From the NCBI GenBank assembly GCA_030698625.1, contig JAUYMS010000044.1, positions 30,898-94,897 on the forward strand: a stretch of 64,000 bases of DNA, written 5' to 3'. The stretch is from Candidatus Omnitrophota bacterium (lineage in GTDB: Bacteria; Omnitrophota; Omnitrophia; Omnitrophales; Aquincolibacteriaceae). Below are positions 19,164 through 30,418 of this stretch, in pieces. The translations under genes were made by a program, and so were the position numbers. The notes beneath the pieces are model-generated. The model did no database searches. It saw only the letters and a list, made by a program, of their open reading frames with translations, and was not told where the DNA came from. Each line of letters starts with the position of its first letter. The first letter of the stretch is position 1.

Positions 19164-19570
19164 AAACACTTCGATTTGCGATTATCTTTAGCACTCTAAT
19201 CGGCATGAGCTTTAGCTCGGCGCTTCAAGCCGGTCAATATGACCTTAAGGAAATGACCCCCGAGGTCACTCAAGCGTTAAAAAACCGGCAGGCACGGTAT
19301 GGCGAACTGCAGGATCTGAAAACGCAAAATAGCGTCGGCGAAAATAGCGACGGTTATGTCACGGCGCTTGGGGACGGCAGTGCTTCAGGTATTGCCGCGG
19401 CTGAGAATCGTGATCGCGAAGTGATCTATCGAGCGATTGCGGATCAAAATCAGCTGGGTCCTACCGGCCTTAAGGTAATCGAAACTGTTTTTGCGGAAGT
19501 CCAGCGCGAAAAAACGCGTGCCGGAGAATCCTTCCAGCTTAGCAGCGGTGAATGGACTAAAAAATCCTAA
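19160..19570 (+). CDS. ydbL: YdbL-family periplasmic protein (DUF1318)
   Basis: 136 aa with a signal peptide and a DUF1318-like conserved core. It overlaps ynbE by 4 nt. Confidence 0.6.
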   Translation: MKTLRFAIIFSTLIGMSFSSALQAGQYDLKEMTPEVTQALKNRQARYGELQDLKTQNSVGENSDGYVTALGDGSASGIAAAENRDREVIYRAIADQNQLGPTGLKVIETVFAEVQREKTRAGESFQLSSGEWTKKS

Positions 19571-19593
19571 GCCGTTCCACAGGGTAATGGATC

Positions 19594-19839
19594 ATGCCTG
19601 AAAATCCGATGGAAAAGGGTGTTCAGCCGCTCGACGGCCTTCTCGCTGCACTCAAACTTAAGAACACCGGTCTTGTCGAAGCCTCATCCGAACAACTCAC
19701 ACACCGGATGGTCGCGAAGGGGCGCAAGGGCCGCCGTTTGACGGTCAACACTCAAAAGAAAATTCTCAAAGCCCTCAACCGGGCACAAGCTGAAAAGGTG
19801 TTCGTGCTTCAAGACCTTTTCAATTACCGCGGAAAATAA
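19594..19839 (+). CDS. Small basic hypothetical protein
   Basis: 81-aa ORF in good operon context; no recognisable domain. Confidence 0.35.
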   Translation: MPENPMEKGVQPLDGLLAALKLKNTGLVEASSEQLTHRMVAKGRKGRRLTVNTQKKILKALNRAQAEKVFVLQDLFNYRGK

Positions 19840-19870
19840 TCCGCACTGAAGAAATGCGGGGTATCTGAAA

Positions 19871-20788
19871 GTGCGCTATTTTATCCTTTTGTTCCTCTGG
19901 CTGACGTTGACGGCTCAAAGCCCCGCGGAAGAACCCGTGCAGATCGGAGTTGCCGAACAGGCTTACGGGGCCACGAAGGTTACGACAAACGACAAGACGA
20001 AATTACTGCGAAAAAACGACGCCGTTTTCTTGAACGATATTGTCCGGACCGCCGAGCGCGCAGGTGCCGAAATCAAGTTACTGGATGAGAGTCTCTTCCA
20101 CATTGGTCCCGAGAGCGAGCTCACCCTCGATGAATTTGTCTACGAGCCCGAACGTGCCAATAACAAGATTCATGCCCATCTTGCGAAGGGGGCCCTGCGT
20201 TTCGTCACGGGAAGAATAGCTCTCACCCAACCCAACGATATGAAAGTGGATTTCCCGTCGGGAACGATGGGGATTCGGGGGACAACGGTCGGCGCCGAAG
20301 TTATAGGTTCCCGCGCATCGGTAGTTCTCCTGCAGTCCGACAGCCGGTTCGTGGACCCGGACCATGTCGGCCATATTGTCCTGAGCGCTATGGTTGACGG
20401 CGAACTCAAGGAAACCCATATCCGGGACATCGGTTTTGGTTCGGTCATTGAAGGGGTGGGGCAGGCTCCGAGCGCGGCCTTTCCGGTTGGTGATGACGTC
20501 ATCGATCGTTTGATGGCCCGGTTTGAGAAGGGTCGTCAGGAAAGCGCCAGGCAGGAAGCCGTGCGGGATTCAAAGACATCGGCCGAAAATTTTTTCGGGA
20601 AGAAATACGTTTCGGTCAGAGAAAAAGTGACCGATGAGATGAGTTATCGCGATCGGGTCAGAATGGAAGAAACCAAATCCACGGCCGCGAAGCCCGCGGT
20701 ACAGGAAGACGAAGACACCCTCGTGGTCACCGTTGACGGAGAAGAATCCGAACCCGGTGCCAAAACTCATACGTCCCTCGAATTCTAG
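19871..20788 (+). CDS. Secreted FecR-domain protein (paralogue 2)
   Basis: Signal peptide; homologous to 15039..16007 over about 200 aa. Confidence 0.6.
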   Translation: MRYFILLFLWLTLTAQSPAEEPVQIGVAEQAYGATKVTTNDKTKLLRKNDAVFLNDIVRTAERAGAEIKLLDESLFHIGPESELTLDEFVYEPERANNKIHAHLAKGALRFVTGRIALTQPNDMKVDFPSGTMGIRGTTVGAEVIGSRASVVLLQSDSRFVDPDHVGHIVLSAMVDGELKETHIRDIGFGSVIEGVGQAPSAAFPVGDDVIDRLMARFEKGRQESARQEAVRDSKTSAENFFGKKYVSVREKVTDEMSYRDRVRMEETKSTAAKPAVQEDEDTLVVTVDGEESEPGAKTHTSLEF

Positions 20789-20798
20789 ATTTCCTCTT

Positions 20799-21548
20799 AT
20801 GGCGAGTGTCATTGAGCATAAAGAACTCGAATTCACCGGTGAAGCTTATATCCCCGGGAAAACCCCGTTACGTATCGCCCTCGATCATGTTGCGAGATAC
20901 CGGTTCGCCGCCAAATACGCGAAGGACCGGAATGTCTTGGATGTTGCCTGCGGGGAGGGGTATGGGTCGCAAAGGCTTTTGGATGCCGGCGCGAAGTCGG
21001 TAACGGGCGTGGATCTCTCCGGTGAGCTCATTGCTCACGCGGCGAAAAAATATACCCGGGGCCCTTTGCGCTTTATTAAGGCGGACATATCCTTTTATGC
21101 CGCCGCTCCCTTTGACGTGATCGCCTGCTTCGAAACCATAGAACATGTTCCGGATTTTCAGGGGGCGATCAAGAATTTGTATCGTCTATTAAAGCCGGGA
21201 GGGGTCCTCATTATTTCGTCTCCGAACAGGCCGGTAACATCGCCGGCGCGGTCCTTCGAAGACAGACCTTGCAACCGGTTTCATTCCCAAGAATTTACGA
21301 TTCCGGAAATGCGCGCCCTTTTGGAAGATCACGGATTTCATACGGAGTCATCCGCTGTGTTCGGCCAGCGGTTGACAGGGCACAATGCGGCGGCTCATTT
21401 TGTTTGGAAATATTTGAGTCCGGCGTACTTTGCAAATCCCTTCGTGAGAAAGATCAGCAACCAGACGCCGCGCTATTTCGTTCTCGTCGCCCGAAAACCG
21501 AGGAGCGAATCCCTACCTGAAATCCCAGGGGACAATGGGGCTGTTTAG
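20799..21548 (+). CDS. Class I SAM-dependent methyltransferase (Methyltransf_11-like)
   Basis: VLDVACGEGYG motif I. The ATG at 20799 follows the upstream stop; the ORF-track start at 20733 would overlap the preceding gene. Confidence 0.7.
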   Translation: MASVIEHKELEFTGEAYIPGKTPLRIALDHVARYRFAAKYAKDRNVLDVACGEGYGSQRLLDAGAKSVTGVDLSGELIAHAAKKYTRGPLRFIKADISFYAAAPFDVIACFETIEHVPDFQGAIKNLYRLLKPGGVLIISSPNRPVTSPARSFEDRPCNRFHSQEFTIPEMRALLEDHGFHTESSAVFGQRLTGHNAAAHFVWKYLSPAYFANPFVRKISNQTPRYFVLVARKPRSESLPEIPGDNGAV

Positions 21549-21582
21549 GCGCCTTTGAGGACCCCTATCCTGTCAAATAAGC

Positions 21583-21611
21583 TTGATAATAAAGGACTTG
21601 GGTGTTATATT
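21583..21611 (+). promoter_or_regulatory. Sigma70-like promoter (TTGATA-N17-TATATT) upstream of the CBS/gltBD genes
   Basis: The hexamers and spacing are read from the sequence; the promoter lies about 70 nt upstream of the CBS gene RBS (GGGAGGAGG). Confidence 0.4.
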
Positions 21612-21676
21612 GCCTGCGCTGATTTCGATGCAGCATCTTTACCTCAAATCCGTTCCAATTTGGGAGGAGGCAATTC

Positions 21677-22105
21677 ATGACGAGCGTGGGTATCCTCAAG
21701 GATAAAGGGAAAAAGGTATGGTCTGTCCGGGCGAATCAAACGATTTATGAGGCCCTGCAAATGTTGGTAACACATAAGATCGGTGCCGTCGTGGTGCGGG
21801 AAGAAGGCGGCAAGATCGAAGGGATCGTTTCGGAGCGCGATGTCATGCGCGTCTGCTTTCACAACCCCGAAAATTTTAGCCGGTTGCCCGTCAAGAAGGT
21901 AATGACGAAGTGTGTGGTGGTGGCCAAGCCGAGTGACTCGATTGAGGAACTCATGGAAGTTATGACGCAGAACCGGGTTCGTCATTTGCCGGTGCTGGAG
22001 GATGGAGAGCTTCAGGGGCTTGTTTCCATCGGCGACGTCGTGAAGGCAGGCCTGAAAGAGTCCGTGGAAAATAATAAGCAGCTCATGGAATACATTTCCC
22101 ACTAG
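21677..22105 (+). CDS. CBS-pair domain protein
   Basis: 142 aa with two CBS motifs (HKIGAVVV..., RVRHLPVLEDGELQGLVSIGDVV). Confidence 0.8.
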   Translation: MTSVGILKDKGKKVWSVRANQTIYEALQMLVTHKIGAVVVREEGGKIEGIVSERDVMRVCFHNPENFSRLPVKKVMTKCVVVAKPSDSIEELMEVMTQNRVRHLPVLEDGELQGLVSIGDVVKAGLKESVENNKQLMEYISH

Positions 22106-22145
22106 TTAATAGAAACACCACTAAAAAGTCCGGAATCGAGCTTAG

Positions 22146-25100
22146 ATGAATCCCCCAAAGAATTCTAACAGGGGTCTTTATGACCCTCGCTACGAGCACG
22201 ATGCGTGCGGCGTAGGGTTTCTCGCCAATATCAAAGGCAAAAAGTCGCATGAGATCATCGAGCAGGCCATCACGGTCCTGCTCAACCTCGATCATCGCGG
22301 GGCGTGTGGTTGTGAAGCCGACACCGGCGACGGCGCCGGAATCCTCATTCAAAAGCCTCATTCCTTTTTTCACAAAGTTTGCGCCGGCACGTCCGTAAAA
22401 ATCCCCGACAATGAAGAAGATTACGGCGTTGGGATGGTCTTTCTCACTCCCAAGGCAAAGGACCGCCAAGCCGCCGAAAAAACATTCGAAGCTATTGTGC
22501 GCGAAGAAGGGCAGGCATTTCTCGGCTGGCGTGACGTGCCGACGGATAATTCCAGTTTGGGGCCGACCGCCAGATCCAAAGAACCTTTTGTCCGCCAGAT
22601 CTTTATCGGCCGCAACCCGGCTCTGAAGGATGCGCTGGCGTTTGAGCGCAAACTCTATGTCATCAGACGCCGCGCCGAAAACGCGCTGCGCGGTCCGGAC
22701 ACATCTGCCGGCGGAGAATATTTTTATGTCTCGAGTCTATCGCAGAGGACGCTTGTCTACAAAGGGATGCTCCTCACGAAGCAGGTGAAGAATTTTTATC
22801 CGGATCTTAACGATCCCGAGATGAAAAGCGCCCTCGCTTTGGTGCACTCCCGGTTCAGCACGAATACTTTTCCTAACTGGGACCGGGCGCAGCCGTTGCG
22901 CTATATCTGTCATAACGGCGAAATCAACACCCTTCGCGGCAACGTGAACTGGATGCACGCCCGGCAGGCCCTGTGCGAAACGCCGCTCTTCGGAGACGAC
23001 ATCAAAAAGCTCCTTCCCATTATTGATGAGGACGGAAGCGATTCATCTATGTTTGACAACTGTCTCGAGTTCCTGACCCTCTCGGGCCGTTCTCTGCCGC
23101 ATGCCGTCATGATGATGATCCCCGAGCCCTGGAGCCGGCACGAAAGTATGAGCGACGACAAGAAGGCCTTCTATGAATACCACAGTTGCATGATGGAGCC
23201 CTGGGACGGCCCCGCCTCGATTGCGTTTACCGACGGCGTGCAAATCGGTGCTGTCCTTGACCGAAACGGTTTGCGGCCTTCACGCTATTACATTACTAAA
23301 GATGATATGGTGATCATGGCTTCCGAAGTGGGCGTCTTGGACGTGCCGCCGGAGCGTGTTCTCAAAAAAGGAAGGCTCGAGCCCGGCCGCATGTTTTTGG
23401 TGGACACCCGTGAAGGAAGAATTATATCGGACGAAGAAATTAAAACGAAGATCGCCGCCGAACAGCCGTATCGCAAATGGCTTAATGAAAACATCATCGA
23501 CCTTCAGGAGCTGCCGGAAGCGCCGCATGTCCACGGGCCGGATCACAAGACCGTCCTTCTGAGGCAAAAGGCCTTTGGGTATACCTTCGAAGACCTCAGG
23601 GTCCTGATGGCGCCGATGGCGCAGGTCGGCGTGGAGGCCGTCGGTTCGATGGGGAATGACACGCCGCTTGCGGCGCTTTCCAACCAATCGCAGCCGCTCT
23701 TCAGTTATTTTAAACAGCTCTTCGCTCAGGTGACAAATCCCCCCATTGATTGCATTCGAGAAGAGATTATCACTTCGACCGTGACGACGGTGGGCTCCGA
23801 GGGCAACCTCCTTAATCCGCGGAGCGCAAACGCGCGGCAAATTAAGCTGACAAGCCCTGTCCTGACCAATGAAGAGTTCGAAAAGCTCCGGCATGTGGAT
23901 CACAAGTATTTTAAAGCGATCACTCTGCCCATCCTCTATGACCCGTCTTTACGCGGAGCCGGTCTCGAGAAGGCGCTGACAAAGCTATACCAGTTGGCGG
24001 ACCGAGCCGTTCGAAACGGGCATAACCTGATCATCCTTTCAGACCGCGGCATCGAAAAGAAAAAGGCCCCAATCCCGTCACTGCTTGCGGTTTCGGGTTT
24101 GCATCACCATCTTATTCGCGAGGGAACGCGAACGGAAGTTGCCATTATCCTGGAGTCGGGGGAACCCCGTGAGGTCCATCACTTTGCCGTGCTCGTCGGA
24201 TACGGCGCGAGCGCCGTCAATCCGTATTTGGCGTTTGAGACCCTCGACGATCTTATCCGGCAGAAGCTGCTTACGGGCATCGATCACAAGACGGCCGTGA
24301 AGAATTTTGCAAAGGCGGTCGCTAAGGGTGTCGTTAAGACGATGTCGAAGATGGGTATTTCCACGGTTCAGAGCTATTGCGGGGCGCAAATCTTCGAGGC
24401 CGTGGGGATTAATCGCGCAGTGATCGACAAATATTTCCGATGGACATCTTCGCGGGTTGAGGGAATCGGCATGGATGAAATTGCCGAGGAAGTTTTTCTG
24501 CGTCACAAAGAGGCTTTTCCGAGCCGCCCGAGGGCCGCGACGGCTTTGGATTCAGGCGGGCAATACCAGTGGCGCAAAGACGGTGAATATCATATGTTCA
24601 ATCCCGAGACCGTCCATCAGCTCCAAACCGCACTGCGGAACAATAGTTATGAAGTCTTTCAGAAATACGCCAAGTCGGTCAACGAACAATCTAAGAACTA
24701 CTGCACACTCAGAGGGTTGTTGGAGTTCAAATTCGAGTCGCGTAAACCCGTCCCGATCGAAGAGGTCGAACCCGTTTCCGAGATCGTAAAGCGTTTTAAG
24801 ACAGGGGCGATGTCGTACGGCTCGATCAGCAAAGAGGCACACGAAGCCCTTGCGATTGCGATGAACCGCATCGGCGGTAAGAGCAATACGGGAGAGGGCG
24901 GCGAGGACCCCGCGCGTTACACACCGGAAGCCAACGGGGATTCGAAGAATAGCGCCATCAAACAGGTCGCCTCGGGGCGCTTCGGCGTGACCAGTCTTTA
25001 TCTGACGCAAGCCAAAGAGCTGCAGATCAAGATGGCCCAAGGGGCCAAGCCGGGAGAGGGCGGACAATTGCCGGGCACAAAGGTCTATCCGTGGATTGCC

Positions 25101-26750
25101 AAGGTCCGAAGCACAACCGCGGGGGTCGGCCTTATCTCACCGCCGCCGCATCACGACATTTATTCTATTGAAGATCTCGCCCAACTCATCCACGACTTAA
25201 AGAATGCCAATCACCACGCCAGGATCAGCGTCAAACTCGTTGCCGAAGTCGGCGTCGGAACCATTGCTGCGGGTGTCTCGAAGGCGCATGCCGATGTCGT
25301 TTTGATAAGCGGCTATGACGGCGGTACGGGCGCGTCACCGCAGTCGAGCATTAAGCACGCGGGAATTCCGTGGGAGCTGGGCCTGGCGGATACGCATCAA
25401 ACCCTGGTGTTGAATAATTTGAGAAGCCGCATTGCAGTCGAAACCGACGGTCAGCTGAAGACGGGCCGCGATGTCGTGGTTGCGGCTTTGCTGGGCGCCG
25501 AAGAATTCGGATTCGCGACGGCCCCGCTCGTGGGCTTAGGCTGCATTATGATGCGGGTTTGTCATCTGAATACCTGCCCCGTGGGTGTGGCCACGCAGAA
25601 TCCGGAACTGCGTAAGAAGTTCACCGGAGACCCCGCGCATGTTGTCAATTTCATGAACTTCATTGCCCAGCAGGTCCGTGAGCTCATGGCGCAGCTCGGC
25701 TTTCGCACTATTAATGAAATGATTGGGCGGACAGATGCGTTAGAGGCGAACAAGGCCGTCGATCACTGGAAGGCAAAGGGACTCGATTTTTCAAAGATCC
25801 TATTCCGGCCCGAAGTTTCCGAGGATGTGGGGCGGTATTGCCAGATCCCGCAGGATCACGGGCTCGATAAGGCCTTGGATAACACCACACTTCTTGCGCT
25901 CTGTGAACCGGCCCTGGCCCGCGGTGAAAAAGTGAACGCTACCGTTCTGATTAAAAACACGAACCGCGTTGTGGGGACGATTCTTGGCAGTGAGCTGACG
26001 AGGCGCTATGGGGCCGAAGGACTTCCTGACGATACCATTCACCTGAAATTCAACGGCTCGGCAGGGCAGAGTTTTGGGGCCTTTGTGCCGAGGGGCATTA
26101 CCCTGGAACTCGAAGGCGATGCGAACGACTACTTTGGTAAAGGACTCGGTGCCGGAAAACTTATCGTGTACCCTCCGAAAGCCGCTACATTTGTACCGGA
26201 AGACAATATCCTGATCGGTAACGTCGCGTTTTACGGAGCGACGGGGGGGCGCGCCTATATCCGCGGTCTCGCAGGCGAAAGATTCTGTGTGCGCAATAGC
26301 GGTGTTCAAACGGTTGTTGAAGGAATCGGTGATCACGGCTGCGAATACATGACCGGCGGCAGGGTTGTCATTCTGGGCGCGACGGGACGCAATTTTGCGG
26401 CCGGGATGTCGGGCGGGATTGCCTATGTGTTGGACGTCGACGGTACTTTCCCGAGCCGCTGCAACGTGCAGATGGTCGGGCTCGAAAAGCTGGAAATCGC
26501 GGGTGAAATCGATAATGTCCGTACTTTGATCGAAGAGCACGCAAAATATACGGACAGCAAACGGGCCAAGCAGATTCTTGATCTGTGGGAAGATATGGTC
26601 CCGAAATTCGTCAAGGTCATTCCGCATGACTACAAGCGCATGCTCGAAGCGATCGAGGGCATGAAGGACGCGGGCCTCGACGAAGAAGAGGCGATCATGA
26701 CGGCGTTTGAGGAAAATGCCAGTAACCTGGCGCGGGTCGGCGGCAATTAA
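22146..26750 (+). CDS. gltB: Glutamate synthase (GOGAT) large subunit
   Basis: 1534 aa. N-terminal Ntn amidotransferase beginning CGVGF after the leader, a central domain, the FMN/3Fe-4S domain and the C-terminal GXGXG domain. Confidence 0.95.
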   Translation: MNPPKNSNRGLYDPRYEHDACGVGFLANIKGKKSHEIIEQAITVLLNLDHRGACGCEADTGDGAGILIQKPHSFFHKVCAGTSVKIPDNEEDYGVGMVFLTPKAKDRQAAEKTFEAIVREEGQAFLGWRDVPTDNSSLGPTARSKEPFVRQIFIGRNPALKDALAFERKLYVIRRRAENALRGPDTSAGGEYFYVSSLSQRTLVYKGMLLTKQVKNFYPDLNDPEMKSALALVHSRFSTNTFPNWDRAQPLRYICHNGEINTLRGNVNWMHARQALCETPLFGDDIKKLLPIIDEDGSDSSMFDNCLEFLTLSGRSLPHAVMMMIPEPWSRHESMSDDKKAFYEYHSCMMEPWDGPASIAFTDGVQIGAVLDRNGLRPSRYYITKDDMVIMASEVGVLDVPPERVLKKGRLEPGRMFLVDTREGRIISDEEIKTKIAAEQPYRKWLNENIIDLQELPEAPHVHGPDHKTVLLRQKAFGYTFEDLRVLMAPMAQVGVEAVGSMGNDTPLAALSNQSQPLFSYFKQLFAQVTNPPIDCIREEIITSTVTTVGSEGNLLNPRSANARQIKLTSPVLTNEEFEKLRHVDHKYFKAITLPILYDPSLRGAGLEKALTKLYQLADRAVRNGHNLIILSDRGIEKKKAPIPSLLAVSGLHHHLIREGTRTEVAIILESGEPREVHHFAVLVGYGASAVNPYLAFETLDDLIRQKLLTGIDHKTAVKNFAKAVAKGVVKTMSKMGISTVQSYCGAQIFEAVGINRAVIDKYFRWTSSRVEGIGMDEIAEEVFLRHKEAFPSRPRAATALDSGGQYQWRKDGEYHMFNPETVHQLQTALRNNSYEVFQKYAKSVNEQSKNYCTLRGLLEFKFESRKPVPIEEVEPVSEIVKRFKTGAMSYGSISKEAHEALAIAMNRIGGKSNTGEGGEDPARYTPEANGDSKNSAIKQVASGRFGVTSLYLTQAKELQIKMAQGAKPGEGGQLPGTKVYPWIAKVRSTTAGVGLISPPPHHDIYSIEDLAQLIHDLKNANHHARISVKLVAEVGVGTIAAGVSKAHADVVLISGYDGGTGASPQSSIKHAGIPWELGLADTHQTLVLNNLRSRIAVETDGQLKTGRDVVVAALLGAEEFGFATAPLVGLGCIMMRVCHLNTCPVGVATQNPELRKKFTGDPAHVVNFMNFIAQQVRELMAQLGFRTINEMIGRTDALEANKAVDHWKAKGLDFSKILFRPEVSEDVGRYCQIPQDHGLDKALDNTTLLALCEPALARGEKVNATVLIKNTNRVVGTILGSELTRRYGAEGLPDDTIHLKFNGSAGQSFGAFVPRGITLELEGDANDYFGKGLGAGKLIVYPPKAATFVPEDNILIGNVAFYGATGGRAYIRGLAGERFCVRNSGVQTVVEGIGDHGCEYMTGGRVVILGATGRNFAAGMSGGIAYVLDVDGTFPSRCNVQMVGLEKLEIAGEIDNVRTLIEEHAKYTDSKRAKQILDLWEDMVPKFVKVIPHDYKRMLEAIEGMKDAGLDEEEAIMTAFEENASNLARVGGN

Positions 26751-26752
26751 TT

Positions 26753-28225
26753 GTGGGAAATCCTACCGGATTTATTGAGATTGATCGGGAACTTCCGGCA
26801 GATCGCGCTCCCAAGGAGCGGATTCGCGACTGGAATGAATTTCATGATCACATGCACGAAGAGAAGCTCCAAGAGCAGGGAGCGCGCTGCATGGACTGCG
26901 GCATACCGTTCTGCCACACGGGGAATCTGGTGGCGGGTATGGCTTCGGGTTGCCCCATCAACAACCTCATTCCGGAGTGGAACGATTTAGTTTACCGGGG
27001 CCTTTGGCGCGAAGCGCTCGAACGCCTCCATAAGACCAATAATTTCCCGGAATTCACGGGGCGTGTTTGCCCGGCTCCTTGCGAAGGCTCGTGCGTGTTG
27101 GGGATCAGCGAACCGCCGGTCACCATTAAGAACATTGAAGCGGCCATCATCGACAAGGGTTTTCTCGAAGGCTGGGTCAAACCCGAACCGCCCGAGAAGC
27201 GCACGGGCAAGCATGTGGGCGTTGTTGGTTCCGGGCCTGCGGGGTTGGCGGCCGCCGATCAGCTCAACAAAGAGGGCCATGAAGTTACGGTCTATGAGCG
27301 CGCCGACCGCATCGGCGGGCTGCTCATGTACGGCATTCCGAATATGAAGTTGGATAAGAAAGTCGTGCAGCGGCGCATTGACTTGATGGCGGCCGAGGGC
27401 GTGAAGTTTGTCACGAACACCGAAGTGGGCAAAGACCTCCCGGCTGCAAAATTGCTCAAAGATTTTGATGCCGTAATTTTGGCGGGTGGAGCCACGAAGC
27501 CGCGCGACCTGAAAATTCCGGGCCGCGAGCTCAACGGCATTCACTTCGCGATGGAATTCTTGCACGCCAACACGAAGACCCTTTTGGACGGAAGGCCGAC
27601 AGAGAATTACATTACGGCTAAAGACAAGCACGTACTCGTCATCGGCGGCGGAGACACCGGTACCGACTGTGTCGGCACCTCGATGCGCCACGGCTGCCGA
27701 AGCCTGACGCAGCTTGAGATTCTGCCCAAGCCGCCGGACGAAAGGGCCGCGAACAATCCGTGGCCTGAATGGCCCAAGGTGTACCTTCTTGATTATGGTC
27801 AGCAGGAGGCCAAGGCCGTTTTTGGCGATGATCCGCGGGCCTACTTGACGACGGCCAAGGAATTTATCGGCGATGAGAACGGCCAAGTGCGGGCCATTCG
27901 CACGGTCAAGATTGAGTGGCAGAAAGATGAAAATGGCCGATTCACCCCGAAAGATGTACCCGGAACGGAAAAAGAAATTCCGGCCGACCTCGTGCTCTTA
28001 GCGATGGGTTTTTTGGGGCCCGAAGATACCATCTTGGACGGCTTGGGAGTGGAGCGCGACGCCCGCTCGAACGCGAAGGCTGAGCCCGGCCTCTATACGA
28101 CAAACATCGAAGGGGTTTTTGCGGCAGGCGACATGCGTCGCGGGCAAAGCCTTGTGGTTTGGGCGATTCAAGAGGGCCGGGCAGCCGCAGCTGCCGTTGA
28201 TAAGTACCTGATGATGACGAAGTAA
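26753..28225 (+). CDS. gltD: Glutamate synthase small subunit (NADPH, FAD, Fe-S)
   Basis: 490 aa. Cys clusters CMDCGIPFC and CPAPCEGSC, and two dinucleotide-binding folds GVVGSGPAG and [12 protein letters not shown] start 2 nt after the gltB stop. Confidence 0.9.
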   Translation: MGNPTGFIEIDRELPADRAPKERIRDWNEFHDHMHEEKLQEQGARCMDCGIPFCHTGNLVAGMASGCPINNLIPEWNDLVYRGLWREALERLHKTNNFPEFTGRVCPAPCEGSCVLGISEPPVTIKNIEAAIIDKGFLEGWVKPEPPEKRTGKHVGVVGSGPAGLAAADQLNKEGHEVTVYERADRIGGLLMYGIPNMKLDKKVVQRRIDLMAAEGVKFVTNTEVGKDLPAAKLLKDFDAVILAGGATKPRDLKIPGRELNGIHFAMEFLHANTKTLLDGRPTENYITAKDKHVLVIGGGDTGTDCVGTSMRHGCRSLTQLEILPKPPDERAANNPWPEWPKVYLLDYGQQEAKAVFGDDPRAYLTTAKEFIGDENGQVRAIRTVKIEWQKDENGRFTPKDVPGTEKEIPADLVLLAMGFLGPEDTILDGLGVERDARSNAKAEPGLYTTNIEGVFAAGDMRRGQSLVVWAIQEGRAAAAAVDKYLMMTK

Positions 28226-28349
28226 CCCGGCCTTTTCCCTCAAGCGTCTATTCGCGAACAAATTACAATGAGAATCCAAGAGACTGAGAAACCGATTTCC
28301 GAAACGCGCCTGTGCGTACTATGCGTGAGCGGCAGCGGGTAAAGGCGCT

Positions 28350-28625
28350 ATGGCCGGCAAAAAGACACGCAAGCAATACTGGGAGCGAAACCTCAAGTAT
28401 CTAATCATCCTCCTGAGCATCTGGTTTATTGTCTCCTTTGGTTTTTCCATCCTCCTTGTCGATTATCTCGATAACATTCGTGTCGGCGGCTTCAAGCTCG
28501 GGTTCTGGTTCGCTCATCAAGGTTCGATCTATGTCTTCGTGATCCTCATCTTTGTTTATGTGTACCTTATGAACCGTTTGGACAAAGAGTTTCATGTTGA
28601 GGAAGAAGAGAGAGGGAAGCCCTGA
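28350..28625 (+). CDS. DUF4212 small membrane protein (solute:sodium symporter small subunit)
   Basis: 91 aa with 2 TM helices, immediately upstream of and translationally abutting the SSS transporter gene. Confidence 0.65.
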   Translation: MAGKKTRKQYWERNLKYLIILLSIWFIVSFGFSILLVDYLDNIRVGGFKLGFWFAHQGSIYVFVILIFVYVYLMNRLDKEFHVEEEERGKP

Positions 28626-30332
28626 GTGGACGTTCGCGCCTGGACCTTTGTGTTGGTGGCGCTCTCCTTTGCGCTTTACATCGCAGTGGCGATTTTTGCG
28701 AGGGCGAAGTCGACCGGTGAATTTTATGTTGCCGGAGGAAAGGTCCCGCCCGTCCTGAACGGCATGGCCACCGCGGCCGATTGGATGAGCGCGGCTTCGT
28801 TTATTTCGATGGCAGGCCTCATCTCGTTTATGGGGCGCGACGGCGGTGTCTACCTGATGGGTTGGACGGGGGGATATGTCCTGCTGGCGCTTCTCCTGGC
28901 CCCTTACCTAAGAAAATTTGGCAAGTATACGGTTCCGGATTTTATCGGCGATCGCTATTATTCGCAGACAGCCAGATACGTGGCCGTTGTTTGCGCTATT
29001 TTTGTTTCTTTTACCTATGTTGCGGGGCAGATGCGGGGCGTAGGTATTGTCTTTTCCCGGTTTTTGGATGTGCAAATCGAAATTGGCGTGATGATCGGCA
29101 TGGGCATTGTTTTTTTCTATGCGGTCTTAGGCGGAATGAAGGGGATTACCTACACGCAGGTGGTGCAGTATTGTGTGCTGATTTTTGCATACCTGGTGCC
29201 GGCTATTTTCATTTCACTTATGATGACGGACCAGGCCGTCCCGCAGTTGGGGCTTGGCAGCACGGTCAATGACGGCACCGGGGGGTTTCTCTTGGATCGG
29301 TTAGACGGCTTAAGCCGGGACCTGGGTTTCCACGAGTACACCCGCGGTTCCAAAGAAACCTTAAATGTCTTCTCTATCACCGCGGCTTTGATGGTCGGAA
29401 CCGCAGGGCTCCCGCATGTGATTGTGCGGTTCTATACTGTCCCCAAAGTATCGGCCGCAAGAGTTTCAGCCGGCTGGGCTCTCGTTTTTATCGCGCTTCT
29501 TTATACTACCGCTCCTGCCGTAGCGGCCTTTGCGCGCATGAATTTGCTTTCAACCATTCCGAATCAGCCTTACGCGACAGCGCCTGACTGGTTTAAGAAT
29601 TGGGAGAAGACAGGGCTCATCAAGTTTGAGGATAAAAACAACGACGGCCTTATTACTTATGTCGGAGCCGCCTCAGAACTGGAAAACGAACTGACCATCG
29701 ACCGCGACATTATGGTGCTTGCCAATCCGGAGATTGCGAAGCTGCCCCACTGGGTGACCGGGCTCGTTGCGGCCGGGGGCCTGGCGGCGGCACTTTCAAC
29801 CGCTGCCGGCCTTTTGCTGGTGATCTCAACATCGGTGGCCCATGACCTTTTGAAAAAAGGGATTCGGCCGAAGATCTCCGAAAAAGGCGAGCTAATTACC
29901 GCACGCATTGCGGCGGGGCTTGCCGTCTGCGTTGCGGGTTATTTTGGAATTCATCCGCCCGGATTCGTCGCGCAAGTGGTGGCCTTTGCTTTCGGGCTGG
30001 CCGCCTCTTCTTTTTTTCCAGCCATCATCATGGGTATTTTTTCAACGCGCATGAATAAATACGGGGCTATTTCGGGCATGATTGCGGGCATTGTGTTTAC
30101 GGCATCTTATATTATTTATTTTAAGTTCCTGCAGCCGGGGCTGAACACCCCGGAACACTGGTGGTGGGGCATTTCGCCCGAAGGTATCGGCACCTTAGGC
30201 ATGATGCTCAATTTTCTTGTCGCCTACGTTGTCTTCCGATTTACGCCCCCGGCGCCCAGGCACATTCAGGTCCTCGTGAACCGCATCCGCATCCCTCGCG
30301 GCGCAGGCGAAGCCCATGAAATTTCGGCCTGA
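28626..30332 (+). CDS. Sodium:solute symporter family transporter (ActP/VC_2705-like)
   Basis: 568 aa with 13-14 TM helices. GTG start directly after the DUF4212 stop. Confidence 0.85.
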   Translation: MDVRAWTFVLVALSFALYIAVAIFARAKSTGEFYVAGGKVPPVLNGMATAADWMSAASFISMAGLISFMGRDGGVYLMGWTGGYVLLALLLAPYLRKFGKYTVPDFIGDRYYSQTARYVAVVCAIFVSFTYVAGQMRGVGIVFSRFLDVQIEIGVMIGMGIVFFYAVLGGMKGITYTQVVQYCVLIFAYLVPAIFISLMMTDQAVPQLGLGSTVNDGTGGFLLDRLDGLSRDLGFHEYTRGSKETLNVFSITAALMVGTAGLPHVIVRFYTVPKVSAARVSAGWALVFIALLYTTAPAVAAFARMNLLSTIPNQPYATAPDWFKNWEKTGLIKFEDKNNDGLITYVGAASELENELTIDRDIMVLANPEIAKLPHWVTGLVAAGGLAAALSTAAGLLLVISTSVAHDLLKKGIRPKISEKGELITARIAAGLAVCVAGYFGIHPPGFVAQVVAFAFGLAASSFFPAIIMGIFSTRMNKYGAISGMIAGIVFTASYIIYFKFLQPGLNTPEHWWWGISPEGIGTLGMMLNFLVAYVVFRFTPPAPRHIQVLVNRIRIPRGAGEAHEISA

Positions 30333-30418
30333 GCCGTAAAAAGGTATCCGGCATAATTCCGCGATTTTGTAGTACAATGACACAAATTATTGAGACTCTG
30401 AAAGGATAATAAGACGTT

